Source: an uncultured Candidatus Rokubacteria bacterium
GTDB lineage: Bacteria > Methylomirabilota > Methylomirabilia > Rokubacteriales > CSP1-6
Length of the DNA stretch: 64,000 bases
Assembly: GCA_963747235.1 (NCBI GenBank)
Contig: CAVVEU010000003.1
Coordinates: 1-64,000, forward strand
Direction of reading: 5' to 3'
The position numbers and the translations under genes were made by a program. The notes under the pieces were generated by a model. It did no database searches. It was given only the letters and a program-made list of their open reading frames with translations, and had not been told where the DNA came from. Below, one piece after another: positions 48,629 through 59,174 of the stretch (its first letter is position 1; every line of letters starts with the position of its first letter).

Positions 48629-49888
48629 TCTCGCGCTCGATACGATCCCGGAACGCCGGGTCGGCGATGTGGAGCAGCTCCCGCGCCCGCCCGGCGTCGC
48701 TTTTTCCCCGCAGCGCCGCCACCCCGTGCTCGGTCACCACGTAGTCCGCGAGAAAGCGCGGCGTGGTCACCCGCGCGCCCGCGGCCAGCCGCGCCACGAT
48801 GCGGGAGAGCGTGCCCCCGCTCGCGGTGGCGGGCAGCGCGATGATGGACCGCCCGCCTTCCGCCCGCGCCGCCCCCAGCACGAAGTCGAACTGGCCGCCG
48901 ATGCCCGTCACCTGCCGGCCGTCCACGCTCTCCGCGTTCACCTGCCCGAGCAGATCCACCTCGAGGGCCGAGTTGATCGAGACGAAGTCGCCGAGCGTCC
49001 CCACCACCTCCGGATCGTGCACGACGTCGGAGGGCTCCATGTTCACCAGCGGGTTCTCGTGGCTCCACTCGAAGAGCGCGGCGGTGCCCATGATCTCCCC
49101 CACGTCCATGCGGCCGGGGTGCAGGCGCTTGCGCGCGTTGGTGATCACGCCGCTCCGACCAGCGGCAGCATGTGCTCGACCAGGAGCGAGTGCACGCCCA
49201 GGTCCTTCTTGCCCGCGAGCGCCTCCATCACCGCCTGCGGGATCGAGCCCACGCCCACCTGGAGCGTGGCCCCGTCGGGGACGAGGTCGGCCACGTAGCC
49301 GGCGATCCGGCGCTCCACGTCCCCGACCGGGGTCGGCGGGTACTCGAGCAGCGGGTGGTCCACCGGCGTCCATGCGTCCATCTGCGAGCGATGCAGGAAG
49401 GCGTTGCCGAGCGTGCGGGGCATCCGCGGGTTGACCTGGGCGATCACGAGCGGGGCCCGACGCGCCGCGGACAGCAGGTAGCTCACCGACACCCCGAGCG
49501 AGAGATAGCCGCCGCGATCGGGAGGCGCGGTGTGGACCAGCACCGCGTCGGGCGCCCAGGGCCCGCCCGCCGCGAAGAGGCTCACCGTGTCGAAGTAGCG
49601 CGCGGGGACGAAGTCCACGTCGCCGCGGGCCGCCGCGGCGGCGAGCCGCGGCGACATGTGCCACGTCGCGAAGCGGATCTTGCCCGCGTAGGCGGCCGCG
49701 CCGAAGGGATAGTCGTCGAGCCGGAGCCCGCCCATCAACGTGAGCGGAGCCAGCCGGTCGGCCTGCCGGAGGATCTCGGCGAGGAGCGCGGTGGGATCGC
49801 CGCACCCCGGGGCAAGCAGCACCTTCATGCCGGGGCGGAGACGGCCGACGGCGTCGGCGAGCGTGACCTGCGCGAAGGGGCGGCCCAT
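48618..49888 (-). CDS. Acetyl-CoA hydrolase / 4-hydroxybutyrate CoA-transferase (frameshift near 49150)
   Basis: TLQVGVGSIP, INSALEVDL.GQV, GGQFDF, VTEHG. Confidence 0.88.
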
Positions 49889-49940
49889 GAAGCGCGGGTA
49901 GTATAATCGCGCGCAGCCACTCACGGGAGAGGGGGAATCC

Positions 49941-50411
49941 ATGCCCAAGCTCATGCTGCCCGTCAATCCGCCGAGTCTCCCGAAGCCGGCCGGTTTCGCC
50001 CACGGCTTCGAAGTCCAGGGCGGCAAGACCCTCTACATGTCCGGCCAGGTCGCGATGGACAAGGAGGGCCAGGTGGTCGGCAAGGGCGATCTGGTCGCCC
50101 AGTTCCGCCAGGTCTGCGACAATCTCAAGGCGATCGTCACCGCGCGCGCCGGCCAGATGAACGACATCGTGAAGCTCACCATCTTCGTGCTCTCCAAGAC
50201 CGAGTACAAGGCGCGCGGGCGCGAGATCGGCGCGGTCTACCGCGAATACTTCGGCCGACACTACCCGGCCATGACCCTCGTGGAGGTCCGAGGCCTCTAC
50301 GACGACGACTGCCTGATCGAGATCGAAGGCGTCGCGGTCGTAGCGGGGCGAGCTGAAGCCGAAGGCGAGGCGAGCGATAGGGAAGAGGGGCAAGCGAACG
50401 TGGCAGGGTGA
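49941..50411 (+). CDS. RidA/YjgF-family protein (C-terminus extended by repeat-like sequence)
   Basis: [21 protein letters not shown]. Confidence 0.85.
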   Translation: MPKLMLPVNPPSLPKPAGFAHGFEVQGGKTLYMSGQVAMDKEGQVVGKGDLVAQFRQVCDNLKAIVTARAGQMNDIVKLTIFVLSKTEYKARGREIGAVYREYFGRHYPAMTLVEVRGLYDDDCLIEIEGVAVVAGRAEAEGEASDREEGQANVAG

Positions 50412-50424
50412 GGGGGAGAGATCC

Positions 50425-50766
50425 ATGCCCGTGCATCCGCAGTGGGTGACGACCGCGTTCGAGTTCGACGGCCATCGCATCGTGGGCTATCGCGGCGTGG
50501 TCCGCGGCATCACGGTGCGCTCGCGCAATATCATCGTCAACCTGGGCGCCACCATCCAGACCCTCTTCGGCGGCAACATCACGCTCTACACCGAGCTGTG
50601 CGAGCGGGCGCGCCAGGACGCCTTCGACCTGATGCTGGAGCACGCGGCCCAGATGGGCGCCAACGCCGTCGTGGCGATGCGCTACGACGCCAACGACGTG
50701 GCCGCGGGAGTGACGGAGGTGCTCTGCTACGGCACCGCGGTCGTGATCGAGCCCGTGGCCCGCTGA
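50425..50766 (+). CDS. YbjQ (UPF0145) family protein
   Basis: [19 protein letters not shown]. Confidence 0.9.
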   Translation: MPVHPQWVTTAFEFDGHRIVGYRGVVRGITVRSRNIIVNLGATIQTLFGGNITLYTELCERARQDAFDLMLEHAAQMGANAVVAMRYDANDVAAGVTEVLCYGTAVVIEPVAR

Positions 50767-50797
50767 AACCGTGAACGCCGACGCCAGGGTGTTTCCC

Positions 50798-50816
50798 ACG
50801 TGACGCTCTGTCACGT
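50798..50816. promoter_or_regulatory. Perfect dyad; candidate activator site
   Basis: ACGTGAC-GCTCT-GTCACGT about 85 bp upstream of the sigma54 site. Confidence 0.4.
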
Positions 50817-50899
50817 CACCGTGGCAAGACAAGAACGGGAAGCGGACACTCACGGATGCCCCCGTCCCTAACTATGCCCACCGATGGGCATTGTGGCTC

Positions 50900-50915
50900 G
50901 GGCACGCAAGTTGCC
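50900..50915 (+). promoter_or_regulatory. sigma54 promoter of the PilZ gene
   Basis: GGGCACGCAAGTTGCC. Confidence 0.7.
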
Positions 50916-50927
50916 CAACGTCAGCCC

Positions 50928-51224
50928 ATGGTCACTCTCCAGGCTCGGAATCGACGCCAGTATCCACGGACCCGCGTGGCGTGGCCCGTGGTGATCGAAA
51001 CCAGGACCCAGCGCTATCCTTGCCAGGTCTTGGACATCAGCAACCACGGCGCGAAAGTCATGACCAGCGCGCGGCTCCAGACCGGGAGCGTCGTGCGGTT
51101 GCAGATCATCCCGCCGGACGGAACTCCGCTGCGTGTCGGGGCATTGGTGTGGCGCCTGGATACGGATGGTGTGGCCTTCTTCTTCGCTCATGGCATCCAT
51201 CACCCGTTCATTCGCGCCGCCTAG
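50928..51224 (+). CDS. Single-domain PilZ protein
   Basis: NRRQYPR...DISNHG. Confidence 0.85.
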   Translation: MVTLQARNRRQYPRTRVAWPVVIETRTQRYPCQVLDISNHGAKVMTSARLQTGSVVRLQIIPPDGTPLRVGALVWRLDTDGVAFFFAHGIHHPFIRAA

Positions 51225-51236
51225 TGAGTGCGCCCC

Positions 51237-51264
51237 AAGCCTGAAGCCTGAAGCCCGCAGCCCG
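51237..51264. repeat. Heptamer tandem repeat
   Basis: AAGCCTG AAGCCTG AAGCCCG CAGCCCG. Confidence 0.6.
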
Positions 51265-51434
51265 AACGCCTCCGCACGTCGCCACCAACAATCTGCCGGG
51301 CACCGACGTACCGCCGGATCATCGTCTCGGGCTTCCACGCGCCGAGGTCGGGCTTTCAGCCTTGCTCGGGCGGGGGCAGGACTATACTCTCGGGCGGAGT
51401 ACAGAACCACGGCGGCCCTGAGGGATGAGACATC

Positions 51435-52073
51435 ATGCGGACGATCAAGCCGGGTGGCCGCGACGTGCTCCTCGTGGTGGACGTCCAGAACGACTTCATC
51501 CCGGGCGGGGCCCTGGCGGTGAAGGAGGGCGACGTGATCGTCCCCCTCGTGAACCAGATCGCCGCGGGCTTCGAGCACGTGATCCTGACCCAGGACTGGC
51601 ACACCCCGCGTCACATCTCATTCGCCTCCGCGCATCCGGGCAAGAAGCCGTTCGAGACCACCAAGCTGGCCTACGGCACCCAGGTCCTCTGGCCGGATCA
51701 CTGCGTGCAGGGCACGCCGGGCGCCGATTTCCACAAGGACCTCAAGATCCCCCACGCCGAGCTGGTCATCCGCAAGGGCTATCGCAAGCAGATGGACTCC
51801 TACTCGGCCTTCTACGAGGCCGACGGCAAGGCGACGACCGGGCTCGCCGGCTACGTGCGCGACCGCGGCTTCCGCCGGGTGTTCCTGGTCGGTCTCGCCA
51901 CCGACTTCTGCGTCTGCTGGTCGGCGCTGGACGCGCGCAAGGTCGGCCTGGGCGCGCTGGTGGTCGAGGACGCCTGCCGCGGCATCGACACCAATGGCTC
52001 GCTGGCCAAGGCGTGGGACCAGATGACCAAGGCCGGCGTGAAGCGCATCCGCTCGGCCGACCTGTCGGTCTAG
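51435..52073 (+). CDS. pncA: Nicotinamidase/pyrazinamidase
   Basis: VDVQNDF, QDWH, WPDHC, DSYSAF, GLATDFC. Confidence 0.93.
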   Translation: MRTIKPGGRDVLLVVDVQNDFIPGGALAVKEGDVIVPLVNQIAAGFEHVILTQDWHTPRHISFASAHPGKKPFETTKLAYGTQVLWPDHCVQGTPGADFHKDLKIPHAELVIRKGYRKQMDSYSAFYEADGKATTGLAGYVRDRGFRRVFLVGLATDFCVCWSALDARKVGLGALVVEDACRGIDTNGSLAKAWDQMTKAGVKRIRSADLSV

Positions 52074-52077
52074 AGGC

Positions 52078-52536
52078 GTGAGGCGCCGCGGCGCGGCCGT
52101 CCTGGTGCTCGCGCTGGCCGGCGCCCTGGTCGCGGCCACGATCGCCGGGCCGATCACGCCCAACTCCGTCGGCGGCCGGGCCTGGGCGGAGCACCAGGTC
52201 TCGTACCGCTACGTCGTGCTCGGCTACGTGACCGGCGCGGACAACCGGGGCCGGCGCGGCGTGCGGGTGGAGCTGCGGCGCGAGAAGACCGGGTTCTCCT
52301 ACCTGGGCGAGACGGACGCCGACGGCTTCTACGTGATCGTCGCCCGCCTCGGCGACGAGAGCGCGGGCGAGGCCCTGCAGCTCCGCGCCGAGAGCCAGGC
52401 GATGACCCTGACCGTGCGCTTCGATCCCGACGACCACGCCACCGAGCGGGGCACGCGGGTGGACTTCACCGCCCGCCGGCCGGTCGAGAGCCCGACCGCC
52501 TTCGCCGGGACGCTCAAGCGGTACCTCGCCCAGTGA
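52078..52536 (+). CDS. Exported beta-sandwich hypothetical protein
   Basis: Signal peptide; TDADGFY. Confidence 0.65.
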   Translation: MRRRGAAVLVLALAGALVAATIAGPITPNSVGGRAWAEHQVSYRYVVLGYVTGADNRGRRGVRVELRREKTGFSYLGETDADGFYVIVARLGDESAGEALQLRAESQAMTLTVRFDPDDHATERGTRVDFTARRPVESPTAFAGTLKRYLAQ

Positions 52537-53910
52537 AAGGCGATCGGTTCTACTCGGCAGTCCGCTCAGTTGGCCGGTTCTGGCTCTGGTTCTTCTTCAG
52601 GGAGCTGGCCGTCGTCCGCCCGGAGATGGTGCCGGCCTCGGGGCCCGTGCTCCTCTGCATCAACCACCCCAACAACCTGATCGACTCCCTGCTGGTCGGC
52701 GGGGTCCTGCCCCGGAAGGTGCACTACCTGGCGACCGCCGCCCTGTTCCGCAATCCCCTGGTGGCCCGCTTCCTCACCGGCCTGCGGGGCGATCCCGGTC
52801 TACCGCAAGCAGGACGATCCCGACAAGATGGACCGGAACGCCGACGCCTTCGCAGCCTGCTTCCGCGCCCTCGAGCGGGGACAGCTCGTCGGGATCTACC
52901 CGGAGGGCACGACCCATTCGGAGAGCCGCGTCCAGCGCATCAAGACCGGCGCCGCGCGCATCGCCCTGGACTACCAGGCCGCCGGGCGCGGGGCGCCGCT
53001 CACCCTGATCCCGGTGGGCATCACGTTCGAGGCGCGCAAGGCCTTCCGCGGCCACGTGCGGGTCTCGTTCGGGGAGCCGATCCCGCTGGCGCCCTACGCG
53101 CCGGTGTACCGGGATGAGCCCGCGAAGGCGGTCGAGGCCCTCACCACCACCATCCAGTGGGGCATGGAGGCCGAGATCCTCCACGTGGGTCGGCCGGAGC
53201 GGCAGGATCTCATCCGCGCGGTGGACGAGATCTACCGGAGCGACCTGATCCGCGAGCTGCAGGAGGAGCGCGGGCTCGGGACGCGGCAGATCGACCCCCT
53301 GCGACTGTCGCGCGCGATCGCGGACGCCGCGGCGCACTTCGAGGAGCGCGACCCCGAGCGGGTGGCGCGCCTCTGGACGGCGGTGCAGAAGTATCGCGCC
53401 CTCCTCGCCGCCTACCAGGTGCGGGACCAGACGGTCCGCAGTCGCGCCCATCGTCCGGCCGCGCGGGCCCGGCTACGGCACTCCTGGGAGGCGTCCATCG
53501 GCCTCCCCTTCTTCGCCTATGGCCTGGTCGTCAACGGCCTGCCGTACCTCCTGCCGCGCTGGCTCGCCCGCCGCACCGCGCGCAAGGAGACGGACTACGC
53601 GACGACCCGGCTGCTGGCGAGCATCGTGGCGTTCCCGCTCTTCTGGGCGCTCGAGGTCTGGATCGTGTGGCGGCTCCTGGGCCCGGCGTGGGCGCTCGGC
53701 TTCGCGCTCTCGCTGCCGATGAGCGGCCTCCTCGCCTACCGGTACCTGGGCGGCATGAGCCGGCTGCGGAACCAGCTCCGCTTCGGCGTGCTCTCCCTCA
53801 CCCACCGCCAGTCCGCCACGCGCCTCCTGGCGGAGCGGCAGGCCCTGGTGGCCGAGCTGGAGCGGGCCAAGGACGACTACCTGGCGGCCACGCGGGGGAG
53901 CAGCTTTTGA
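52533..53910 (+). CDS. PlsC-type acyltransferase with C-terminal TMs (frameshift near 52785)
   Basis: NHPNNLID (HxxxxD), YPEGT, KTGAAR. Confidence 0.85.
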
Positions 53911-54848
53911 CCATCCACCGTCTGGAGGAGCTGTCCACGCCGCAGCTCGACGCGCTCGACCGGGCGCGCACCGTGGTGATCCTCACGGTGAGCCCGCTCG
54001 AGACGCACGGCCCCCACCTGCCCGCTCGGCGTGGACGCCTTCACCGCGCGCCACTTCAGCGAGTCCATCGCGGAGCGGCTGGTGGCGTCGCGGCCGGGCT
54101 GGTCGGTGGTGCTGGCCCCCACGCTCCACCTGGGCTCCTTCACCTTCGACTCGGTGGGCACCGTGCCCATCCGCCAGCGCGTGGTCCGCGACGCGGTGGT
54201 GGACTACGGCTCGGCCCTGGGCCGGGCCGGCTTCCGCCACGTCCTCGTGTCCAATGGCCACGGGGGCCCGGGCCATCTGGTCGCGCTGGAGGAGGCGGCC
54301 GCCATCGTCTCCCGTCGCCACGGCATCACGATGGCCTCCTTCACCGGGCACCTCGCCTGGGAGTTCCTGCGCGGACGCCTCCTGCCCCGGATCGAGGCCG
54401 GCCTCGGGCGTCCCCTGACCGAATCGGAGCGGGCGGCTTTTTCCGAAGACGCGCACGGCGGGTGGTGGGAGACTTCGATCATGCTCGTCCTGCGGCCCGA
54501 CCTGGTGGACGAAGGCTACCGGCGACCTGCCCGCCGCGCGCTACTCCTTCATGGAGCGGCTTCGCCCGAACTATGCGGTGCGCGGCGGCGGCCCGGGCTA
54601 CGTCGGGCATCCCGCGATGGCCGACCCGGCCTTCGCGCGGGTGACGAGCCAGGTGCTGATGGACGAGGCGATGGCGGTGGTGGACGGGCTCCTGGACGGC
54701 CGCCTCCGGCCCGTCCGACCGGCGCTCGCCGTTCTTCGCGATCCCGTTCTTCCGCACGAACTTCCGTCCGATCGCAGTGTCGGCCACGGCCCTGCTCGCC
54801 GCGCTCGCGGCGTGGCGGCTTCTCGGCCGACAAAGGAGAGCACCATGA
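53907..54848 (+). CDS. Creatininase-family amidohydrolase with a C-terminal membrane anchor (frameshifts)
   Basis: LETHGPHLP.GVD, NGHGG, HGGWWETS; tail PIAVSATALLAALAAWRLLGR. Confidence 0.8.
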
Positions 54849-55093
54849 AAGCCTACGTCCTCATCGAGACCGCCGCCGGCAAGACCAAGAACGTGAAGAA
54901 GGCCCTCGCCAAGATCAAGAGCCCGCGCGCCACCGTCGCGGCGATGGACGCGGTCACCGGGCCCTACGACTTCATCGCGGTGGTGGACGGCCAGACCCTC
55001 GACGCCATCGGCAGCCTCGTCACCGACTCCATCGGCATCATCGACGGCGTCACCCGGACCACGACCTGCGTCGCGGTCACGGTCGGCGGCTAG
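54845..55093 (+). CDS. Stand-alone Lrp/AsnC ligand-binding domain protein
   Basis: AAGGAG RBS; MKAYVLIE...VTGPYD...GVTRTTT. Confidence 0.88.
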   Translation: MKAYVLIETAAGKTKNVKKALAKIKSPRATVAAMDAVTGPYDFIAVVDGQTLDAIGSLVTDSIGIIDGVTRTTTCVAVTVGG

Positions 55094-55106
55094 GGCGCGC
55101 TCGCGC

Positions 55107-56102
55107 ATGAGCCCCGGCCACAACACGAGCCAGGTCGTCGCGTGCGCGGCCTACGCGGAGGGGCGCCGCGTGGCGGACGTCGCGCTCGAGGACATCAGCG
55201 AGGTCCTCAAGCAGGACGACCGCTTCGTCTGGATCGGCCTCTACGAGCCCGACGAGTCCCTCCTGAAGGAAGTGCAGGCCGAGTTCGGGCTGCACGACCT
55301 GGCCATCGAGGACGCCCACCTGGCCCACCAGCGGCCCAAGCTGGAGCGCTACGGCGACTCGCTCTTCATCGCGCTGCGCACCGCGCAGCCGGATCGGGAG
55401 CAGGGGCGGATCGCCTTCGGCGAGACCCACCTCTTCGTGGGCGCCCGCTACGTGGTCTCGGTCCGCCACGGGGCCTCCCTCTCCTACGCGGACGTGCGCG
55501 CGCGCTGCGAGGGGCAGCCGCAGCTCCTCGCCAAGGGGCCCGCCTTCGTGCTCCACGCGATCATGGACTTCGTGGTGGACCAGTACTTCCCGATCGTGGA
55601 CGGGCTCGAGGACGGCCTGGAAGCGCTCGAGGACGAGATCTTCAACGAGCGCATCAGCCGCGACACCACCATGCGGATCTACACCCTCAAGCGCGACCTG
55701 CTCGAGATCAAGCGCGGCGTGTCCCCGCTCGTCGACATCTGCAACCGCCTGATGCGGACGGATCTCGACCTGATCCCCGACGACGCGCGCCCCTACTTCC
55801 GCGACGTCTACGACCACGCGCTGCGGATCAACGAGAAGGTGGACGGCCTCCGCGAGCTGCTCGGGACCGCGCTCGAAGCCAATCTATCCCTGACCACCAT
55901 TGCGCAGAATGAAGCCACGAAGCGCATCACCGCCTGGGCCGCCATGTTCGCGGTTCCCACCATGATCGCGGGGATCTACGGGATGAACTTCGAGGTCATG
56001 CCCGAGCTGCGGTGGCGCTGGGGCTACCCCATGGTGATGGCGGTGACGGTGACGCTCTGCGGGATCCTGTACTACCGCTTCAAGCGCTCCGGCTGGCTCT
56101 GA
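55107..56102 (+). CDS. corA: Magnesium/cobalt transporter CorA
   Basis: HQRPKLE, YFRDVYDH, YGMNF, MPEL. Confidence 0.93.
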   Translation: MSPGHNTSQVVACAAYAEGRRVADVALEDISEVLKQDDRFVWIGLYEPDESLLKEVQAEFGLHDLAIEDAHLAHQRPKLERYGDSLFIALRTAQPDREQGRIAFGETHLFVGARYVVSVRHGASLSYADVRARCEGQPQLLAKGPAFVLHAIMDFVVDQYFPIVDGLEDGLEALEDEIFNERISRDTTMRIYTLKRDLLEIKRGVSPLVDICNRLMRTDLDLIPDDARPYFRDVYDHALRINEKVDGLRELLGTALEANLSLTTIAQNEATKRITAWAAMFAVPTMIAGIYGMNFEVMPELRWRWGYPMVMAVTVTLCGILYYRFKRSGWL

Positions 56103-56118
56103 TAGAATCACCGCCGTC

Positions 56119-57088
56119 ATGCGCGTGCTCGTCATGGGCGGCACCGAGTTCATCAGCCTGCACCTGCTCCGGGCGCTCCAGCAGCGGGGCCACGAGGTCA
56201 CCGTCTTCAACCGCGGCCGCCACCCGGACCGGCTGCCCGCCGGCGTGGCCGCGATCACCGGCGACCGCAAGGACCACGCGGGGCTACGCGAGCGGCTCGG
56301 CGGCACCCGGTGGGACGGCGTCTACGACGTCACCTACGCGCCGACCCTGCCGGAGGACGTGACCGCGCTGCTGGATGCCCTCCCGGGCTCCCCGCACGTC
56401 TTCTTCGTGTCCACGTGCCGCGTCTACGACCACGCCCTCCCCGTCCCCTACTCCGAGGAGACCGCGCGGAGCTTCTACTGGGGCGACTACGCCCGGCACA
56501 AGATCGGCGGGGAGGACGTGCTCCTCGAGCGCTACCGGGAGCGCGGGCTGCCCGTGACCATCGTCCGCCCCACCCACGTCATGGGCCCGCTGAACACGCG
56601 CAACAACGAAACGTTCTTCATGGACCGGATCAGTCGCGGACGTCCGGTGCTGGTGCCGGGCCACGGCGGCTGGCTCCGCCAGTTCGGCCACGTGGAGGAT
56701 CTGGCCGAGGTGATGGCCGCGCTCCTGGGCGACGCCCGGGCCTACGGGCAGGCCTACAACGTGATGGGCGAGGACGTGGTGAGCCAGGTGGGCTTCGTCG
56801 AGCTGATCGCCGAGGTGATCGGCCGGCCGGTCACGCTGCGGCACTTCGACGCGGCGCTGCTCAAGAGCTTCGACAAGCCGGGTCCCGTCTTCGGCCAGAA
56901 CCTGGTCTACGACTGCCACGCCGTTCACACCACCACGAAGCTGCGCAACGACGCTGGGCCTCCGCCCCCGCTACACGCTCCACGCGGGACTCGCCCAGAC
57001 CTGGGAGTGGTATCGCGCCCAGGGCCCGGCCGACCGGCCCGTGGACTTCTCGTTCGAAGACCGGCTGCTCGCCAAGATCGGCGCGTGA
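56119..57088 (+). CDS. NAD-dependent epimerase/dehydratase family protein (frameshift near 56955)
   Basis: VMGGTEFIS, FNRG, YARHK, HVEDLA. Confidence 0.82.
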
Positions 57089-58030
57089 CCCGCGGGATTC
57101 TCGTGTACTACCCGGACGCGGCGGAAGCCCGCGCCTACGCGGACCTCATCCGCCTGCCGTCGCGCGCCTTCCGCGTGCACGTGGCCTCCACCCCGGACGA
57201 GGCCGCCGGACCGGGCGCCGACGCGGAGATCTTCTACTGCTGGGGCCCGCCGCGCCCGCTACTCGCCGGCGCGAAGGGACTCCGCTGGATCCAGTGCATG
57301 GGCGCCGGCGTCGAGCGCCTGCTCGTGCCCGAGCTGCCCGACGGCGTTCGCGTGACCCGCGCCGCGGGCATCTTCGGCCCGTGGATGGCCGAGTACACGC
57401 TCGGCTGGTGCCTCTGGGTCACGCAGCGCATGGGCGGCTTCCGGGCGAGCCAGCGGCAGCGGCGGTGGGCGCCGGTGGATCCCGTGCCGCTGCGCGGCCA
57501 GACCCTCTGCGTCGTCGGGCTCGGCGATATCGGCCGGACCATCGCGAAGCTGGCCCGCGGCCTCGGCATGCAGGTGATCGGCGTCACCCGGAGCGGCCGC
57601 GCCGCGCGCGACGCCGCGCGCGTCTACCGGACCAAGGCCCTCCGCACCGCGCTCGCCCGCGCGGATTTCGTGGTCCTGACGCTGCCGCTGAGCGAGGAGA
57701 CCCGCGGGCTCCTGGGGGCGGCCGAGCTGGCCGCGATGAAGCCCACCGCCTGGCTGCTCAACCTGGCGCGCGGGCCGATCGTGGACGAGGCCGCGCTGCT
57801 GGCCGCGCTGCGCGGGCGTCGCATCGGCGGGGCGGTGCTCGACGTCTTCAACGTGGAGCCGCTCCCCGCCGACCATCCGCTCTGGGGATTCGACAACGTG
57901 GTGGTCACGCCGCACATCTCGGGCCCCAGCACGCCCGCGGGAGATCGGCCCCATCTTCAACGACAACCTCCGCCGCTACGCCGCCAACCGCCCGCTCCGC
58001 CACACCGTCGACCGTACCCTCGGCTATTAA
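57085..58030 (+). CDS. D-2-hydroxyacid dehydrogenase (frameshift near 57940)
   Basis: GLGDIG, NLARG, LDVF..EPL, TPHISG. Confidence 0.88.
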
Positions 58031-58049
58031 GAGCCGTCCCTCCTCATTC

Positions 58050-58084
58050 CCCTCTCCCCTCAGGGGAGAGGGCAGGGTGAGGGG
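58050..58084 (-). repeat. REP family B copy
   Basis: CCCTCTCCCCTCAGGGGAGAGGGCAGGGTGAGGGG on the plus strand. Confidence 0.85.
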
Positions 58085-58089
58085 TGGTC

Positions 58090-59125
58090 TCAGAGAGGGC
58101 GCGGGTGCTCGATCCCCACCCGCACCACTTCCCCCCGCCCAAGCCACCGCGCCAGCGGCAGCGTCAGCTCCAGCAAGAGCTTCAGCGCGCCGTACACGGG
58201 CCGCCACTCGGCACAGCCCGCGCCAGCCCACCGAGCCGTCGGTCGCGCAGCCAGAACCCCAGGCTCCAGAGGTAGTAGCGCGGCTTCGCCTGGTGCCAGG
58301 TCCAGACGACGCGCCCCCCGGCCTGCGCGACGGCCGCGCCCAGCGTCTCGGGCGTGAAGTGCGAGAGATGCCGCGGCAGCTCGAGCCCCGACCACGCCCG
58401 CCCGAAGAGGCGCGCGCCGAGGCCGCCCGCATTGGGCACCTCGACGATGAGCAGGCCCGCCGGGAGCGAGCCAGCCGAGCATGCGGCGGACCGCCGCGAC
58501 CGGATCCGGCACGTGCTCGAGCACGTGAAAGGCCGTCACGCAGTCGAACTCGCCCGGAGCGAACGGCGCCCCGAGCAGATCCCCCGCGTGCACGCGCGGG
58601 CTGAAGCGCCGCGCCTTCTTCGCCGCGGCCTCGTCCACCTCGACCCCCGCCACCTGCCAGCCGAGCGCCTGCGCGACGCCCAGCGCGCCGCCCGAGCCGC
58701 AGCCCACGTCGAGGTAGCGGCCCTGCCCACGCCACGGCGGGCAGTCCCACTTGATACGCCGGAACAGGAGCGCGGCGCGCAGCGCGCGTGCTGCAGCCCA
58801 TCGCCGACCTCCCGCGAGCGACGCGTAGCCGAGCCGCGAGCGCGAGCGCCCAGCGAACGGCGCGCACCCGCGCGGGCGAGCCCTTGAACGGGACGCGGGG
58901 CGACGGCTCCTGGTGCCGCGGGTAGTGATCGGGATAGCAGGCGGCCAGGTGCTCGTCCCGCACCCGCGGCCGCTGGTAGAGGAAGCCGCAGCTCCGGCAG
59001 CGCGCGACCGTGTAGATGCCGGGCACCGCGAAGGCGCGATCGGACGTGGTCCAGAGCGGGTCGGCATCGGGCGCGCCGCAGAGAAAGCAGGGGGCGTCGA
59101 CGGTGGGGAGTGACACCGCGGTCAC
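58090..59125 (-). CDS. Class I SAM methyltransferase with an N-terminal Zn ribbon (frameshifts)
   Basis: CFLC...CRSC, YLDVGCGSG, HVLEHVPDP, PRHLSHF. Confidence 0.85.
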
Positions 59126-59159
59126 CCCTCACCCGGCCCTCTCCCCTGAGGGGAGAGGG
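59125..59159 (+). repeat. REP family B copy
   Basis: CCCCTCACCCGGCCCTCTCCCCTGAGGGGAGAGGG. Confidence 0.85.
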
Positions 59160-59174
59160 TGAGAGGCCGCGGCA

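Noticed and set aside
56119-58080. Epimerase-dehydrogenase fusion ORF
   Set aside because: The shifted frame ends at TGA 57088, overlapping GTG 57085 (GTGA coupling); two genes.
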